Shown here one piece after another: positions 1-8,769 of a stretch of 64,000 nt of DNA. The notes below the pieces were generated by a model. It was not told the origin of the DNA. It worked only from the letters and a program-made list of their open reading frames with translations, and ran no database searches. Source of the DNA: Sphingomonadaceae bacterium (GTDB taxonomy: Bacteria; Pseudomonadota; Alphaproteobacteria; Sphingomonadales; Sphingomonadaceae); the NCBI GenBank assembly GCA_039808025.1, contig JBDHSK010000009.1:82176-146175 (forward strand). Reading direction: 5' to 3'. A program made the translations under genes and the position numbers. Position 1 is the stretch's first letter; every line of letters starts with the position of its first letter.

Positions 1-720
1 CGCCCGCACCTGACCGTTGACACCCCCCAGGCAGCGCCGCTGGGCGAGGTTTTCCGTTACATGTGGCTGCACCGGCGCACCTTCGTTGCCATTCACCTAA
101 GTTCGGCGGTGTTCGGGCTTTATGGCTACAGCCTGCTGGGATGGTACCCGACACTTCTGATCCGCAGTTTCGGGCTCAGCGTCGGCGAGGCGGGGTTGGC
201 GCTGGGGCTGAACCAGCTGGTGCTGGGCAGCCTTGGTTCCATCACCTTTGGCCTGGTGGCCGACCGGCTGGCCGCGCGGGGACGAAGCGATTCCAACCTG
301 CTGGTGGTGGCGGCAATCGGGCTGGCGGTGGTGGTTCCGGCCACCCTTACGCCGCTGATGCCCAACCTTGTGCTGTTTCTGGTGATGCTGGCGCCGGCGG
401 TGTTCCTCTACAATGGGTATTTCGGCTGCTCGGTTGCGGCCATCCAGCTGGCTTCGCCACCGTCGATGCGCGGCATCGGTTCGGCACTGTTCCTGCTCAG
501 CAACAGCCTGGTGGGGTTGTCGCTGGGCATGGTGGCGGTTCCCGTCATCGACAAATGGCTGTTCGGCGGCACCGGGGCGCTTGGCCCGGCGCTGGCAGTG
601 ATTGCTGCCGTTGCCTGCAGTGTCGCGGCCCTGATCGCGTTTTCAGGGATAGCGCATTTCGGGGCACTGGCCCGCCAGCAGGCCAGCGCCCTGCAGGAAG
701 AGGCAGCGCCGATCAGCTGA
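1..720 (+). CDS. MFS-type transporter, C-terminal part (5' end outside window)
   Basis: Frame 1 has no stop from nt 1 to the TGA at 718-720. The product is a series of hydrophobic, G/A-rich helices typical of the second half of an MFS permease. Confidence 0.6.
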   Translation, partial: RPHLTVDTPQAAPLGEVFRYMWLHRRTFVAIHLSSAVFGLYGYSLLGWYPTLLIRSFGLSVGEAGLALGLNQLVLGSLGSITFGLVADRLAARGRSDSNLLVVAAIGLAVVVPATLTPLMPNLVLFLVMLAPAVFLYNGYFGCSVAAIQLASPPSMRGIGSALFLLSNSLVGLSLGMVAVPVIDKWLFGGTGALGPALAVIAAVACSVAALIAFSGIAHFGALARQQASALQEEAAPIS

Positions 721-1483
721 TGGTGGCGCCTCCGTCGACGACGAACGCCTGTCCGGTGGCAAAGGCTCCGGCGGGGCTTGCCAGATAGACTGCCATTCCG
801 GCGATTTCGTCAGGCTCGCCGATGCGCTTCAGGCACGACCCGGCGGTAGATTGCCTGAGAATCCCGGGGTCTTCCCAGAGGGCGCGGGCGAAATCCGTGC
901 GGATTAGGCCGGGGCAGATGCAGTTCACCCGCACGCCCTGAGGCCCCAGTTCAGCCGCGAGGTTGCGTGCCAGCTGCATGTCGGCTGCTTTTGATACATT
1001 GTAGGCGCCGATCAGCGGCATGGCCCTTAGCCCGCCGATCGACGAGATGATGGTGATGCTGCCGCTACCGCGCGCGGCCATCTGCGGGGCCAGCATCTGG
1101 ATCAGCCAGTGGTTGGAGAGGATGTTGTTTGCAAGAATCTTCTGGAACTGATCGTCGCTGATGCCCTGCAACGGCCCGAAATAGGGGTTGGTGGCGGCGT
1201 TGCACACCAGTGTCGTTACCTTGCCATGGGTGCGAAGGGCATGGTCGGCCAGCGCCTGCAGGGCCTCTTTCGAACTGATGTTGGCGGCAAAGGCCGAACA
1301 GGCGTTGCGGCCGATGGCCGCGTTGATCTCAGCGGCGGCCGCCTCGCAGGCATCCTGCTTGCGGCTTGAGACGATGACATCAGCGCCATGTTCGGCGAGG
1401 CGGTGGGCAATGGCCCTCCCGATCCCCCGCGAGGACCCGGTAACGACAGCCGCTTGTCCGTTCAGGTCGAACAGGCTTCCCAT
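713..1483 (-). CDS. Short-chain dehydrogenase/reductase (SDR)
   Basis: Track ORF 713..1810 trimmed to Met110 (ATG at 1483-1481). The upstream part is the antisense of tRNA-Thr. Contains Rossmann motif TGSSRGIG, NAAT, and catalytic YNVSK (Y-x3-K). Confidence 0.9.
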   Translation of the reverse strand: MGSLFDLNGQAAVVTGSSRGIGRAIAHRLAEHGADVIVSSRKQDACEAAAAEINAAIGRNACSAFAANISSKEALQALADHALRTHGKVTTLVCNAATNPYFGPLQGISDDQFQKILANNILSNHWLIQMLAPQMAARGSGSITIISSIGGLRAMPLIGAYNVSKAADMQLARNLAAELGPQGVRVNCICPGLIRTDFARALWEDPGILRQSTAGSCLKRIGEPDEIAGMAVYLASPAGAFATGQAFVVDGGATIS

Positions 1484-1653
1484 GCAACAATCCTTTCGCT
1501 GGCAAGATGATATGGCTTGTTGTGCCCGGTTGCCGCGCCTTGGCCAAGCGATTGTTGGCAAGGCCAATGGTGGCCGAAAACCGGGCTGGCGACAGCCAGG
1601 TGACGGATTTGACGGATTGCAGCAGCGTCTGGCTTCCTGTAGGCGGACAGCGC

Positions 1654-1729
<76 letters not shown>

Positions 1730-2108
1730 CTCCTCCCGCACTTCATTCGTGTTTTCAACTGGTTGGCTTGTTATTTGATTGGCCGAACCTCCGATGCAGA
1801 TCTTGTGCATCGCGTTCGCACCGGCGGGTTTGTGCCGCCGTCATAACCTGTTGCGGTTGGGAAAGGTGCGTCAACGGTTCGGGTAATGCCAGATGAAAGG
1901 GATGTCGACCTGCCCGCACCTGAGTGATGGGGCGGAGTCTCTTCTGATGTCAGGCAGGGGGGAATCTTGTTCTCATATCTGTCAGGTCTGCAACAAATCA
2001 TGCTTTTGCTGATCAGCCATGCAGAATTTCGATGCCATGATGTTTCTGTGGTGCCAACGGATTGGAACTGATGTATATTCCATGCTCGGCTGACTGGCCC
2101 GGGCAGGG

Positions 2109-3140
2109 GTGCGCGCGATGGAGCCAACTGTTTATCCCGTTACGACGGCAGACGGTGTGGCGTTGCGCCTTCGTCGATATTCTCCAACGGAACGTCGCCA
2201 CTCAGAGCCAGTAATCCTTGTTCATGGCGCAGGCGTTCGCAGCCGCATCTTCGAGCCGCCAACAGCTACGACTTTGCCTGCCATGCTGGCCGACGCCGGG
2301 CATGACGTCTGGCTGCTGGACTGGCGGGCGTCCATCGACATTCCACCAAACCACTGGACGCTCGATAAGGCAGCCGTGTTCGATTATCCGGCCGCTATTG
2401 CCATGGTTCGTGATGTGACGGGCGCCAGTACGGTAAAAGCGGTGATCCACTGCCAGGGATCGACCAGCTTCATGATGTCACTTTGTGCCGGTTTGCTTCC
2501 CGACGTGTCGAGCGTGGTGTCCAATGCCGTCGCGTTGCATACGGTCGTGCCGTTTCTGGCGCGGGTGAAGGCTGCTGTCGCCACCGATACCGTGGGCAGG
2601 CTGTTCGACTATCTCAATCCGCAATGGGGGCTGCATGTCAGCGGTTTTGCGCCCCGTCTCATCGACTGGTGGGTGCGTGCCACACATCACGAATGCCGCA
2701 ATCCGGTCTGCAAACATTCCAGCTTCACCTATGGCTCGGGCTTTCCGACGCTCTGGCTGCACGAGAACTTGGATGACACGACGCATGAATGGCTAAAGGG
2801 AGAATTCGCCGCCGTTCCGATGACCTTCTTCCACCAGATGAAGCGCTGCATTGCTGCGGGGCACCTGGTATCGACCGGCGCCTTCGATCAGCTTCCGGCT
2901 GATTTTGTCGCTCAGGCGCCGCGAACCGACGCGCGCATCCTGTTTCTTTGCGGCGAACGCAACGCCTGTTTTCTGGCCGAAGGAATGGCGCGCACCTGCG
3001 ATTTCTTCGAGCGCCACGCGCCTGGCCGTCATGATTTCCAGCAAGTCGCCAGGTACGGTCACCTCGATGTCTTTATCGGCAGGAATGCGGCGAACGACGT
3101 TCTGCCGATGATCGTCGATCATCTGGGGAGGCCGTCATGA
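2109..3140 (+). CDS. Alpha/beta-hydrolase fold protein (first gene of the 8-gene operon)
   Basis: VILVHGAGV oxyanion-type motif and VIHCQGSTSF nucleophile-elbow-like motif. The stop overlaps the next ATG (ATGA at 3137-3140). The start could instead be Met4 at 2118. Confidence 0.55.
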   Translation: MRAMEPTVYPVTTADGVALRLRRYSPTERRHSEPVILVHGAGVRSRIFEPPTATTLPAMLADAGHDVWLLDWRASIDIPPNHWTLDKAAVFDYPAAIAMVRDVTGASTVKAVIHCQGSTSFMMSLCAGLLPDVSSVVSNAVALHTVVPFLARVKAAVATDTVGRLFDYLNPQWGLHVSGFAPRLIDWWVRATHHECRNPVCKHSSFTYGSGFPTLWLHENLDDTTHEWLKGEFAAVPMTFFHQMKRCIAAGHLVSTGAFDQLPADFVAQAPRTDARILFLCGERNACFLAEGMARTCDFFERHAPGRHDFQQVARYGHLDVFIGRNAANDVLPMIVDHLGRPS

Positions 3141-4027
3141 CGATCCCCGCGCGACAGAAGCGGCTTGCCGGCACCCATGCCATGGTCGATGGTATCCGTT
3201 ACGAGATGCCGATCGACAGCTGGGAAGCCTCGTCGATCATCGCCGCCTTCCCCTGTGATTATGAGGCAGCCAAGGCGCTGCTTCCACCAGGCGACATCCA
3301 TCCGTTCCGCTTGTGGAAGCGCGCGCTTCTGGTCGTCACGGTGATCGACTATCGCCAGACCGACATCGGCAGCTACATCGAATATTCGATGGCTATCGCC
3401 TGCACCAAGGGGGCAAGGCCGGCACCTCGGCTGCTGCCGGCGATCTTTATGAAGTGGTTCGGCACGGGGCAATTTGTGATCGATCTGCCTGTCTCCACCG
3501 AGGTTTCGACCAAGGGCGGCAAGGGTATCTGGGGTATGCCCAAGCACCAGGAATCGCTGGACTATGTTGAGGGTCAGGCCTGGATCAGCGCCCAGTACGA
3601 CAAGGACGGCCAGATGGCGACACGCTTCGATGTGCGCCGCCCGCGCAAAACCGGGTTTCCACTGGCGATGGCGGCGATCAACTACTGCATGTTTCGCGGC
3701 ATGATCTATCGCTCGTATATCTATTTCAGGGGAAAGGCGGGGCTCTGGCTGCGCAGACGTGGGGCGGCCAGGTTCCTGATCGGCGACCATGAGAGCGTTG
3801 CGCACCTGAAGGCCCTGAATGCCGACACCAACCCGCTGTTCGCGGCGTATATGCCGGCGATCACCGGCGTGCTCGACGATTATCTGGAAAGCTGGTTCGT
3901 CACCTGGCCAAAGATGCCTGCAGCACAGATCGGCGAAGGGCTGGAGGCCACCTATCCGCTGGGATACGGGCAGGATCGCCCACCGCCGCCGGTGCGCGAC
4001 CCGGCCTTCGACCCCGACAAGGAGTAA
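3137..4027 (+). CDS. Acetoacetate decarboxylase (ADC)-family protein
   Basis: SYIEYSMAIA and GGKGIWGMPKHQ resemble the ADC-family G-x-x-IWG-x-PK signature. Length of 296 aa fits the family. Confidence 0.65.
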   Translation: MTIPARQKRLAGTHAMVDGIRYEMPIDSWEASSIIAAFPCDYEAAKALLPPGDIHPFRLWKRALLVVTVIDYRQTDIGSYIEYSMAIACTKGARPAPRLLPAIFMKWFGTGQFVIDLPVSTEVSTKGGKGIWGMPKHQESLDYVEGQAWISAQYDKDGQMATRFDVRRPRKTGFPLAMAAINYCMFRGMIYRSYIYFRGKAGLWLRRRGAARFLIGDHESVAHLKALNADTNPLFAAYMPAITGVLDDYLESWFVTWPKMPAAQIGEGLEATYPLGYGQDRPPPPVRDPAFDPDKE

Positions 4028-4031
4028 GTCC

Positions 4032-4511
4032 ATGCCGCGCAGCCTGTTGCTGAACCATGCGATCCTGTTCCTCTGCTGCTCCATCTATCTAGGCACCGGG
4101 GTATCGCTGGTCTTCTTCCAGTTTCCGGTCGAGCCTCAGCTCACGCCAGACAATTACGCCCTGATTTTTGTCGGGCCGGTGATCCGTGCGACGCAGTTCT
4201 TCACCTGGATGACCATCGTGATGCTGATCACTGCACTGATCATGCTTCTGAGCGAATGGTTCACCGGTATCCGCTGGGTTCCGGTCGTCGTTCTGCTGGC
4301 TATCATCGCAGCCACCTTGCTGACCGTCTACGCGATCATCCCTTATAATGAGCGGCTCTATGCCGGAATTCCTGACGCCCGGGAACTTAAGCATGTGTTT
4401 CACGAATGGGCGCGGCTGAACCGCATCCGCGTGGCGTTGTGGGCGGTGCAGTGGCTGGCGATGATGTACTGGTTCTATCGCCAGGCCTGGACTGCGCGGA
4501 GCGACGTATGA
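4032..4511 (+). CDS. DUF1772-like (anthrone-oxygenase-like) integral membrane protein
   Basis: Track ORF 3819..4511 trimmed to ATG 4032 (MPRSLLLNHAILF...), 4 nt after the preceding stop. Four predicted TM helices, with C-terminal W-rich LNRIRVALWAVQW. Confidence 0.5.
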   Translation: MPRSLLLNHAILFLCCSIYLGTGVSLVFFQFPVEPQLTPDNYALIFVGPVIRATQFFTWMTIVMLITALIMLLSEWFTGIRWVPVVVLLAIIAATLLTVYAIIPYNERLYAGIPDARELKHVFHEWARLNRIRVALWAVQWLAMMYWFYRQAWTARSDV

Positions 4512-4885
4512 ACGACGCGCTGCTTCGCCTGGTACTGCTGGTGATTTCGTGCATCACGGTCGTCACCGGCCTTTGTCAGCTCGTCTTGCCTGGCTGGATT
4601 CTGGCGATGGCAGGCGGTGTGTCGTCTCCGGGGGCAGACCATTTCTTCGCCACCGTGGGGATGTTCATGGTCATCACCGGCGCCATGTTCGCCCAGGCGC
4701 TGTGGCAGCGCACGGGCGAGCGTGTCGTGGCGTTGTGGATCGGTGTCCAGAAGCTGGCGGCGGCCGGCCTTGTCGTCTGGGGTATCCAGAAAGGTCTGCT
4801 GGGGCAGATCGCCTATGGAGTCGCCGTGTTCGATCTGGCGACGGGTATGCTGGCCTGGATCTTCACTGCCAGGCGGGCGCAATGA
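4508..4885 (+). CDS. Small integral membrane protein (about 4 TM), unknown function
   Basis: ATG 4508 overlaps the preceding TGA (ATGA). The product MNDALLRLVLLVISCITVV... is hydrophobic throughout. Confidence 0.5.
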   Translation: MNDALLRLVLLVISCITVVTGLCQLVLPGWILAMAGGVSSPGADHFFATVGMFMVITGAMFAQALWQRTGERVVALWIGVQKLAAAGLVVWGIQKGLLGQIAYGVAVFDLATGMLAWIFTARRAQ

Positions 4886-5292
4886 TGGCGCGGATCTCGG
4901 CGGTTCTGGTGCTGGCATATGCGGCCATGCTCTGTGTGGTGGGGGCGGCGGGAATCGTCTCGGCGCACTGGGAGCTGACGCAGCTGTTTCATCTGCCGCT
5001 CGACCAGCAGATGCCGGAGGTGCGCGCGACCTTTCTCAACCAGTACCGTTTCCTGAAAGCCATCGAACTCGCCGCCGGTATCGCCTGCCTCGCCTCGCGT
5101 CAGGCCATCCTTGAGGGTGGCCTGGCCGGCACGCTGTTCCTCATTCTGGTGGCGAGCGGGGTGGTGGCACGGAGCATCGCATGGATTGTCGATGGCACAC
5201 CGGCTCCGGTCTTCCTGGTTTTTCTGGCGCTCGAGCTGCTGGTCTTTGTTGTCACTCTGCTTCACCTGCGCACGAGGCCGGCCCATGGCTGA
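4882..5292 (+). CDS. Small integral membrane protein (DUF4345-like)
   Basis: ATG 4882 overlaps the preceding TGA (ATGA). 136 aa with 4 predicted TM helices. The family assignment is tentative. Confidence 0.45.
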   Translation: MMARISAVLVLAYAAMLCVVGAAGIVSAHWELTQLFHLPLDQQMPEVRATFLNQYRFLKAIELAAGIACLASRQAILEGGLAGTLFLILVASGVVARSIAWIVDGTPAPVFLVFLALELLVFVVTLLHLRTRPAHG

Positions 5293-6805
5293 CCAGCCGC
5301 CGATCGCTCCGGAAACGCCCAATCGCAATGCGCTGATCCTGCCGGGTGGCGGCATGCGGGTCGCCTATCAGGCGGGGGTGGTGAAAGCGCTGTTTGATGC
5401 GGGGCTGCGCTTTTCCTATGCCGATGGCGCCTCGGGCGGGACGATGAATCTGGCAGCTCTGCTGAGCGGGGTTTCACCCGATGACCTGTGCCGGCGCTGG
5501 CGGACTCTGCCGACGCGCCGCTTCGTCTCGTTGCGCAACCCTGGTGCCTACCTGCGGTTTCCGCGAACCGGGGCGCTTGGTGACTTTGACGGGATCGAGC
5601 AGGTCATTTTCCCGCATCTGGGCATAGACCTGCCGCACCTGCGACGGGCGCAGGGCGTGATTGCCACCTTCAACGTCTGCGACTTCGGCGGGAAGTGCGT
5701 CGTGCCGGTGCCGCAGGGCGAGATGTCGCGTGAGCTGCTGCTTGCAGCCATTTCTCTGCCGCTGGTCACGCCTCCGCTCAGCTACAGGGGCCGGATCTGG
5801 ACCGATGCGGTCTGGATCCGCGACTGCAACCTGCTGGCGGCTGTGCGCGCCGGAGCCAACCGGCTGTGGGTGGCCTGGTGTATCGGCAATACCGACCGGT
5901 TCGGCGACGGCCTGCTGGAAAAATATGTGCATATGATCGAGATGGCGGCGATCGGCCGTCTGAATGAAGACCTGGCCGCGATCGCCGAGTTGAACGCACG
6001 CATCGCCATGGGAGAGCGGCCCTTCGGTCATTCCGAGCCGATCGAGGTGATGATGATCGGTCCGGAAAAGCCGATCCCGCTCGATCCCGATTTTCTCGCT
6101 GGTCGCATCGATGCGACTTCACTCGTCGCTTATGGCTACCGCGACGCGCAGCGGGTGCTTGCGAAAGGCACGCCCGCGGCGCTTGACAACAGTGCAACAA
6201 AGATGACGGAGCACGGCGAGGGCCTGCATTTCCGCGAAGTCATGTCCGGACGAATCTGCTTTGGAGAGACTGACCCGGAGCGGGGCTATCAAAGCGTAGC
6301 CGCGATGCCGGTTGCCATCCACGCAACGATCGATATCGACGATACTGCCGCCTTCGTGCGCGACCCTGATCACATAGGCGGGCTTTCCGGACACATCGAG
6401 CTGCACCGGCGCGGCGGCTGGCTGCCCTCGGCAAGGGGGCGTTTCGGCCTGTTTACGCCGGGTCCCGAGCCCGATCTGTGCTACATGATCTATGGCATGC
6501 AGATCCTGATCGACGGCCGCCCCTACTATTTCGACGGGCGTAAGCACGTGCGCATTGCGGCGCCCTGGAAACTGTGGCCGGCGACGACGACGCTCTATGT
6601 CCGGTTGCGAGAGCAAGACGAGCAGGGCGCGGTGGTGGCGGCCGGGAAGCTCAATCTGGGCGTCTCAGACCTGTTTGACCTGTTCGCCACACTGCACGCC
6701 GTCGGCTGTCGATCAAGGCTTGGAGCCATCCGCTCGGTCGGCCGCTTTCTGCGATTTTTCACCAGCGAGCTGGTTCGCATCTATCTCTTGCGGAGACGGT
6801 CATGA
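5285..6805 (+). CDS. Patatin-like phospholipase with about 190-aa C-terminal extension
   Basis: Track ORF trimmed to ATG 5285 (MADQPP...). Contains patatin oxyanion motif LPGGGMR and nucleophile motif GASGG. Overlaps the previous gene by 8 nt and the next gene by 4 nt. Confidence 0.8.
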   Translation: MADQPPIAPETPNRNALILPGGGMRVAYQAGVVKALFDAGLRFSYADGASGGTMNLAALLSGVSPDDLCRRWRTLPTRRFVSLRNPGAYLRFPRTGALGDFDGIEQVIFPHLGIDLPHLRRAQGVIATFNVCDFGGKCVVPVPQGEMSRELLLAAISLPLVTPPLSYRGRIWTDAVWIRDCNLLAAVRAGANRLWVAWCIGNTDRFGDGLLEKYVHMIEMAAIGRLNEDLAAIAELNARIAMGERPFGHSEPIEVMMIGPEKPIPLDPDFLAGRIDATSLVAYGYRDAQRVLAKGTPAALDNSATKMTEHGEGLHFREVMSGRICFGETDPERGYQSVAAMPVAIHATIDIDDTAAFVRDPDHIGGLSGHIELHRRGGWLPSARGRFGLFTPGPEPDLCYMIYGMQILIDGRPYYFDGRKHVRIAAPWKLWPATTTLYVRLREQDEQGAVVAAGKLNLGVSDLFDLFATLHAVGCRSRLGAIRSVGRFLRFFTSELVRIYLLRRRS

Positions 6806-8769
6806 GCTACCGCGCCCCACCGAAGGCCTTCACCATCCGCCGTCAGGCGCCGGTCAGCTGGTTCAATATCAACCAGCTTGCGGCTACGGCAGCCAAGACG
6901 ATAGCAGCGACGATCGTCGGGCCGATGAGCGGTCGGCGCGAGCTGATGTCGGCGCTCGATCCACCCGACGACAAGCGCAACGGCTACATCGACCTTGGCG
7001 GCTACGGCGGCAAAGCCGGGTCGCCGCTGTGGCTAGATTATCTGGCCGATACCGGCGACGGCTGGAACGCGACGACCTCGGTCGCCTGGCTTGTGGGGCG
7101 CGATTCCCTGCTGATCAATCGGTCGGGCAAGCCGACGCCGCAACCAGTGCCAACAGGGCAGGGTGAGCTTGATCTCGAGGAGTCCGACGACAACTTCGTG
7201 CTGCCGCGCGGTTTCATGATGATCGCGGGCGGCGACGAGGTCTATCCCACGGCCTCCACTGAAAATTATCAGCTGCGACTGGTTCAGCCGTTCATGTGCG
7301 CGCGGTATTCGCAGGCGTCGCCAAGGCAGATTCTCGCAATTCCGGGAAACCACGACTGGTACGACGGGCTGACCGCCTTCATCCGGTTGTTCTGCCAGCG
7401 TTGGGACGCGCGACGCTGGATCGGCGCCTGGCGTGCGCAGCAATGGCGGTCGTATTTTGCGGTAAAGCTGCCCTACGGGTGGTGGATGTGGGGCATCGAC
7501 GCTGCGCTTGGCGATGATCTCGATCCGCCACAGATCGACTATTTCCGCGACGTTGCCAAGTCGCTTGCCAAGGGTGATCGTGTTATTCTCTGCGTCCCGG
7601 CGCCGCACTGGCCGATGGGGCGCTCAGACGGCAGGAATACGGCCGCCACGACACGAGAGATGGACGACAAGCTGGCCATCTTCCAGAGGCTGACGACTGC
7701 GAATGACGCCGACGGCATCAAGCTGATCCTGACCGGCGATCTGCATTATTATGCGCATTTTCAAAGTATCTCTGCGCCCGGACCAACAGACGATCACGAA
7801 GACCGCAATCACTATGTCATCTGCGGTGGTGGCGGCGCTTTCGGGCTGGGCACGATTTGCACACCAGGCCAACCGGTGCACGTCGGTTCAGACCGGGCCG
7901 AGCCGGTGCCGGGCGGTCTGTTCCCCTCCCGCCAGGACTCGGTGCGGCTGCGTCGCGGCCTATGGCGCTTTCCGTTGCGCAATCCGGGTTTCTGCGGCCT
8001 GCTGATGGCGTTGCAGTTTATTGCTCTGTGGCTGATCAGTTCGCTGCGGCCGCCACAGGGCGCCCAGAGTAGCTGGATCGATTACGCGATGAGCCATTCT
8101 CTGGGTGCTTTCCTGTGGGAAGTGTTGAAAGTTCTTCCCTATCCTTCTCTGCTGCTGGGGACTGCGGCCTTCTGCGCCGGGTTCATCGGCTTTGCGATAA
8201 GCGGCTGTCGACAGGAAGGGTCGCGGCTCATGGCGGGCCTTGCCGGGGCGGCCCATGCCTTTGCCCAGATTGCGGGCTCGATCAGTCTGGTCTGGCTCAC
8301 CTCGCAGGTCGTGCAGGCAGCCTTGGGGCAGTCAATCAATGGTTTTATGCTGACCATGATCACCGTGATCGCGTCTGCACCGGTTTTATTCGTCTGGTGC
8401 GGGCTGCTGTTCGGTCTTTATCTGTTTGCCGGGCACAAGTTCCTGAAGCTTCATGACCAGGAGGTCTTTTCGGCGCAGGGCATCGAGGACTTCAAGAGCT
8501 TCCTGAAACTCAGGGTCGACCCCGAAGGCATCACCATCTTCCCGATCGGCCTTACCCGGGTGGCACGGGCCTGGCGGCCGGCCCCCACGGTGAAGGTGCA
8601 GCCGGGCGGCCTGACCCGTTCCGGCCTGCTGGCGAGGACGGCCGCGGTTGAGACGCCCGAAGGATGCGTGCGCGTCGTCGATCCGGTCGAGGAGCTGGCG
8701 CCGCATCTGATCGAGGCTCCGTTCAGGATCGCTGGCCGTTCGCAATCGTCGGGAGATCAGCAGGCATGA
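6802..8769 (+). CDS. Calcineurin-like metallophosphoesterase fused to a polytopic membrane domain
   Basis: Metallophosphoesterase motifs GDEVYP, IPGNHDWYDGL, LTGDLHYYAHF and ICGGGGAF. Followed by about 5-6 hydrophobic helices (roughly nt 7980-8440) and a soluble tail. Confidence 0.7.
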   Translation: MSYRAPPKAFTIRRQAPVSWFNINQLAATAAKTIAATIVGPMSGRRELMSALDPPDDKRNGYIDLGGYGGKAGSPLWLDYLADTGDGWNATTSVAWLVGRDSLLINRSGKPTPQPVPTGQGELDLEESDDNFVLPRGFMMIAGGDEVYPTASTENYQLRLVQPFMCARYSQASPRQILAIPGNHDWYDGLTAFIRLFCQRWDARRWIGAWRAQQWRSYFAVKLPYGWWMWGIDAALGDDLDPPQIDYFRDVAKSLAKGDRVILCVPAPHWPMGRSDGRNTAATTREMDDKLAIFQRLTTANDADGIKLILTGDLHYYAHFQSISAPGPTDDHEDRNHYVICGGGGAFGLGTICTPGQPVHVGSDRAEPVPGGLFPSRQDSVRLRRGLWRFPLRNPGFCGLLMALQFIALWLISSLRPPQGAQSSWIDYAMSHSLGAFLWEVLKVLPYPSLLLGTAAFCAGFIGFAISGCRQEGSRLMAGLAGAAHAFAQIAGSISLVWLTSQVVQAALGQSINGFMLTMITVIASAPVLFVWCGLLFGLYLFAGHKFLKLHDQEVFSAQGIEDFKSFLKLRVDPEGITIFPIGLTRVARAWRPAPTVKVQPGGLTRSGLLARTAAVETPEGCVRVVDPVEELAPHLIEAPFRIAGRSQSSGDQQA

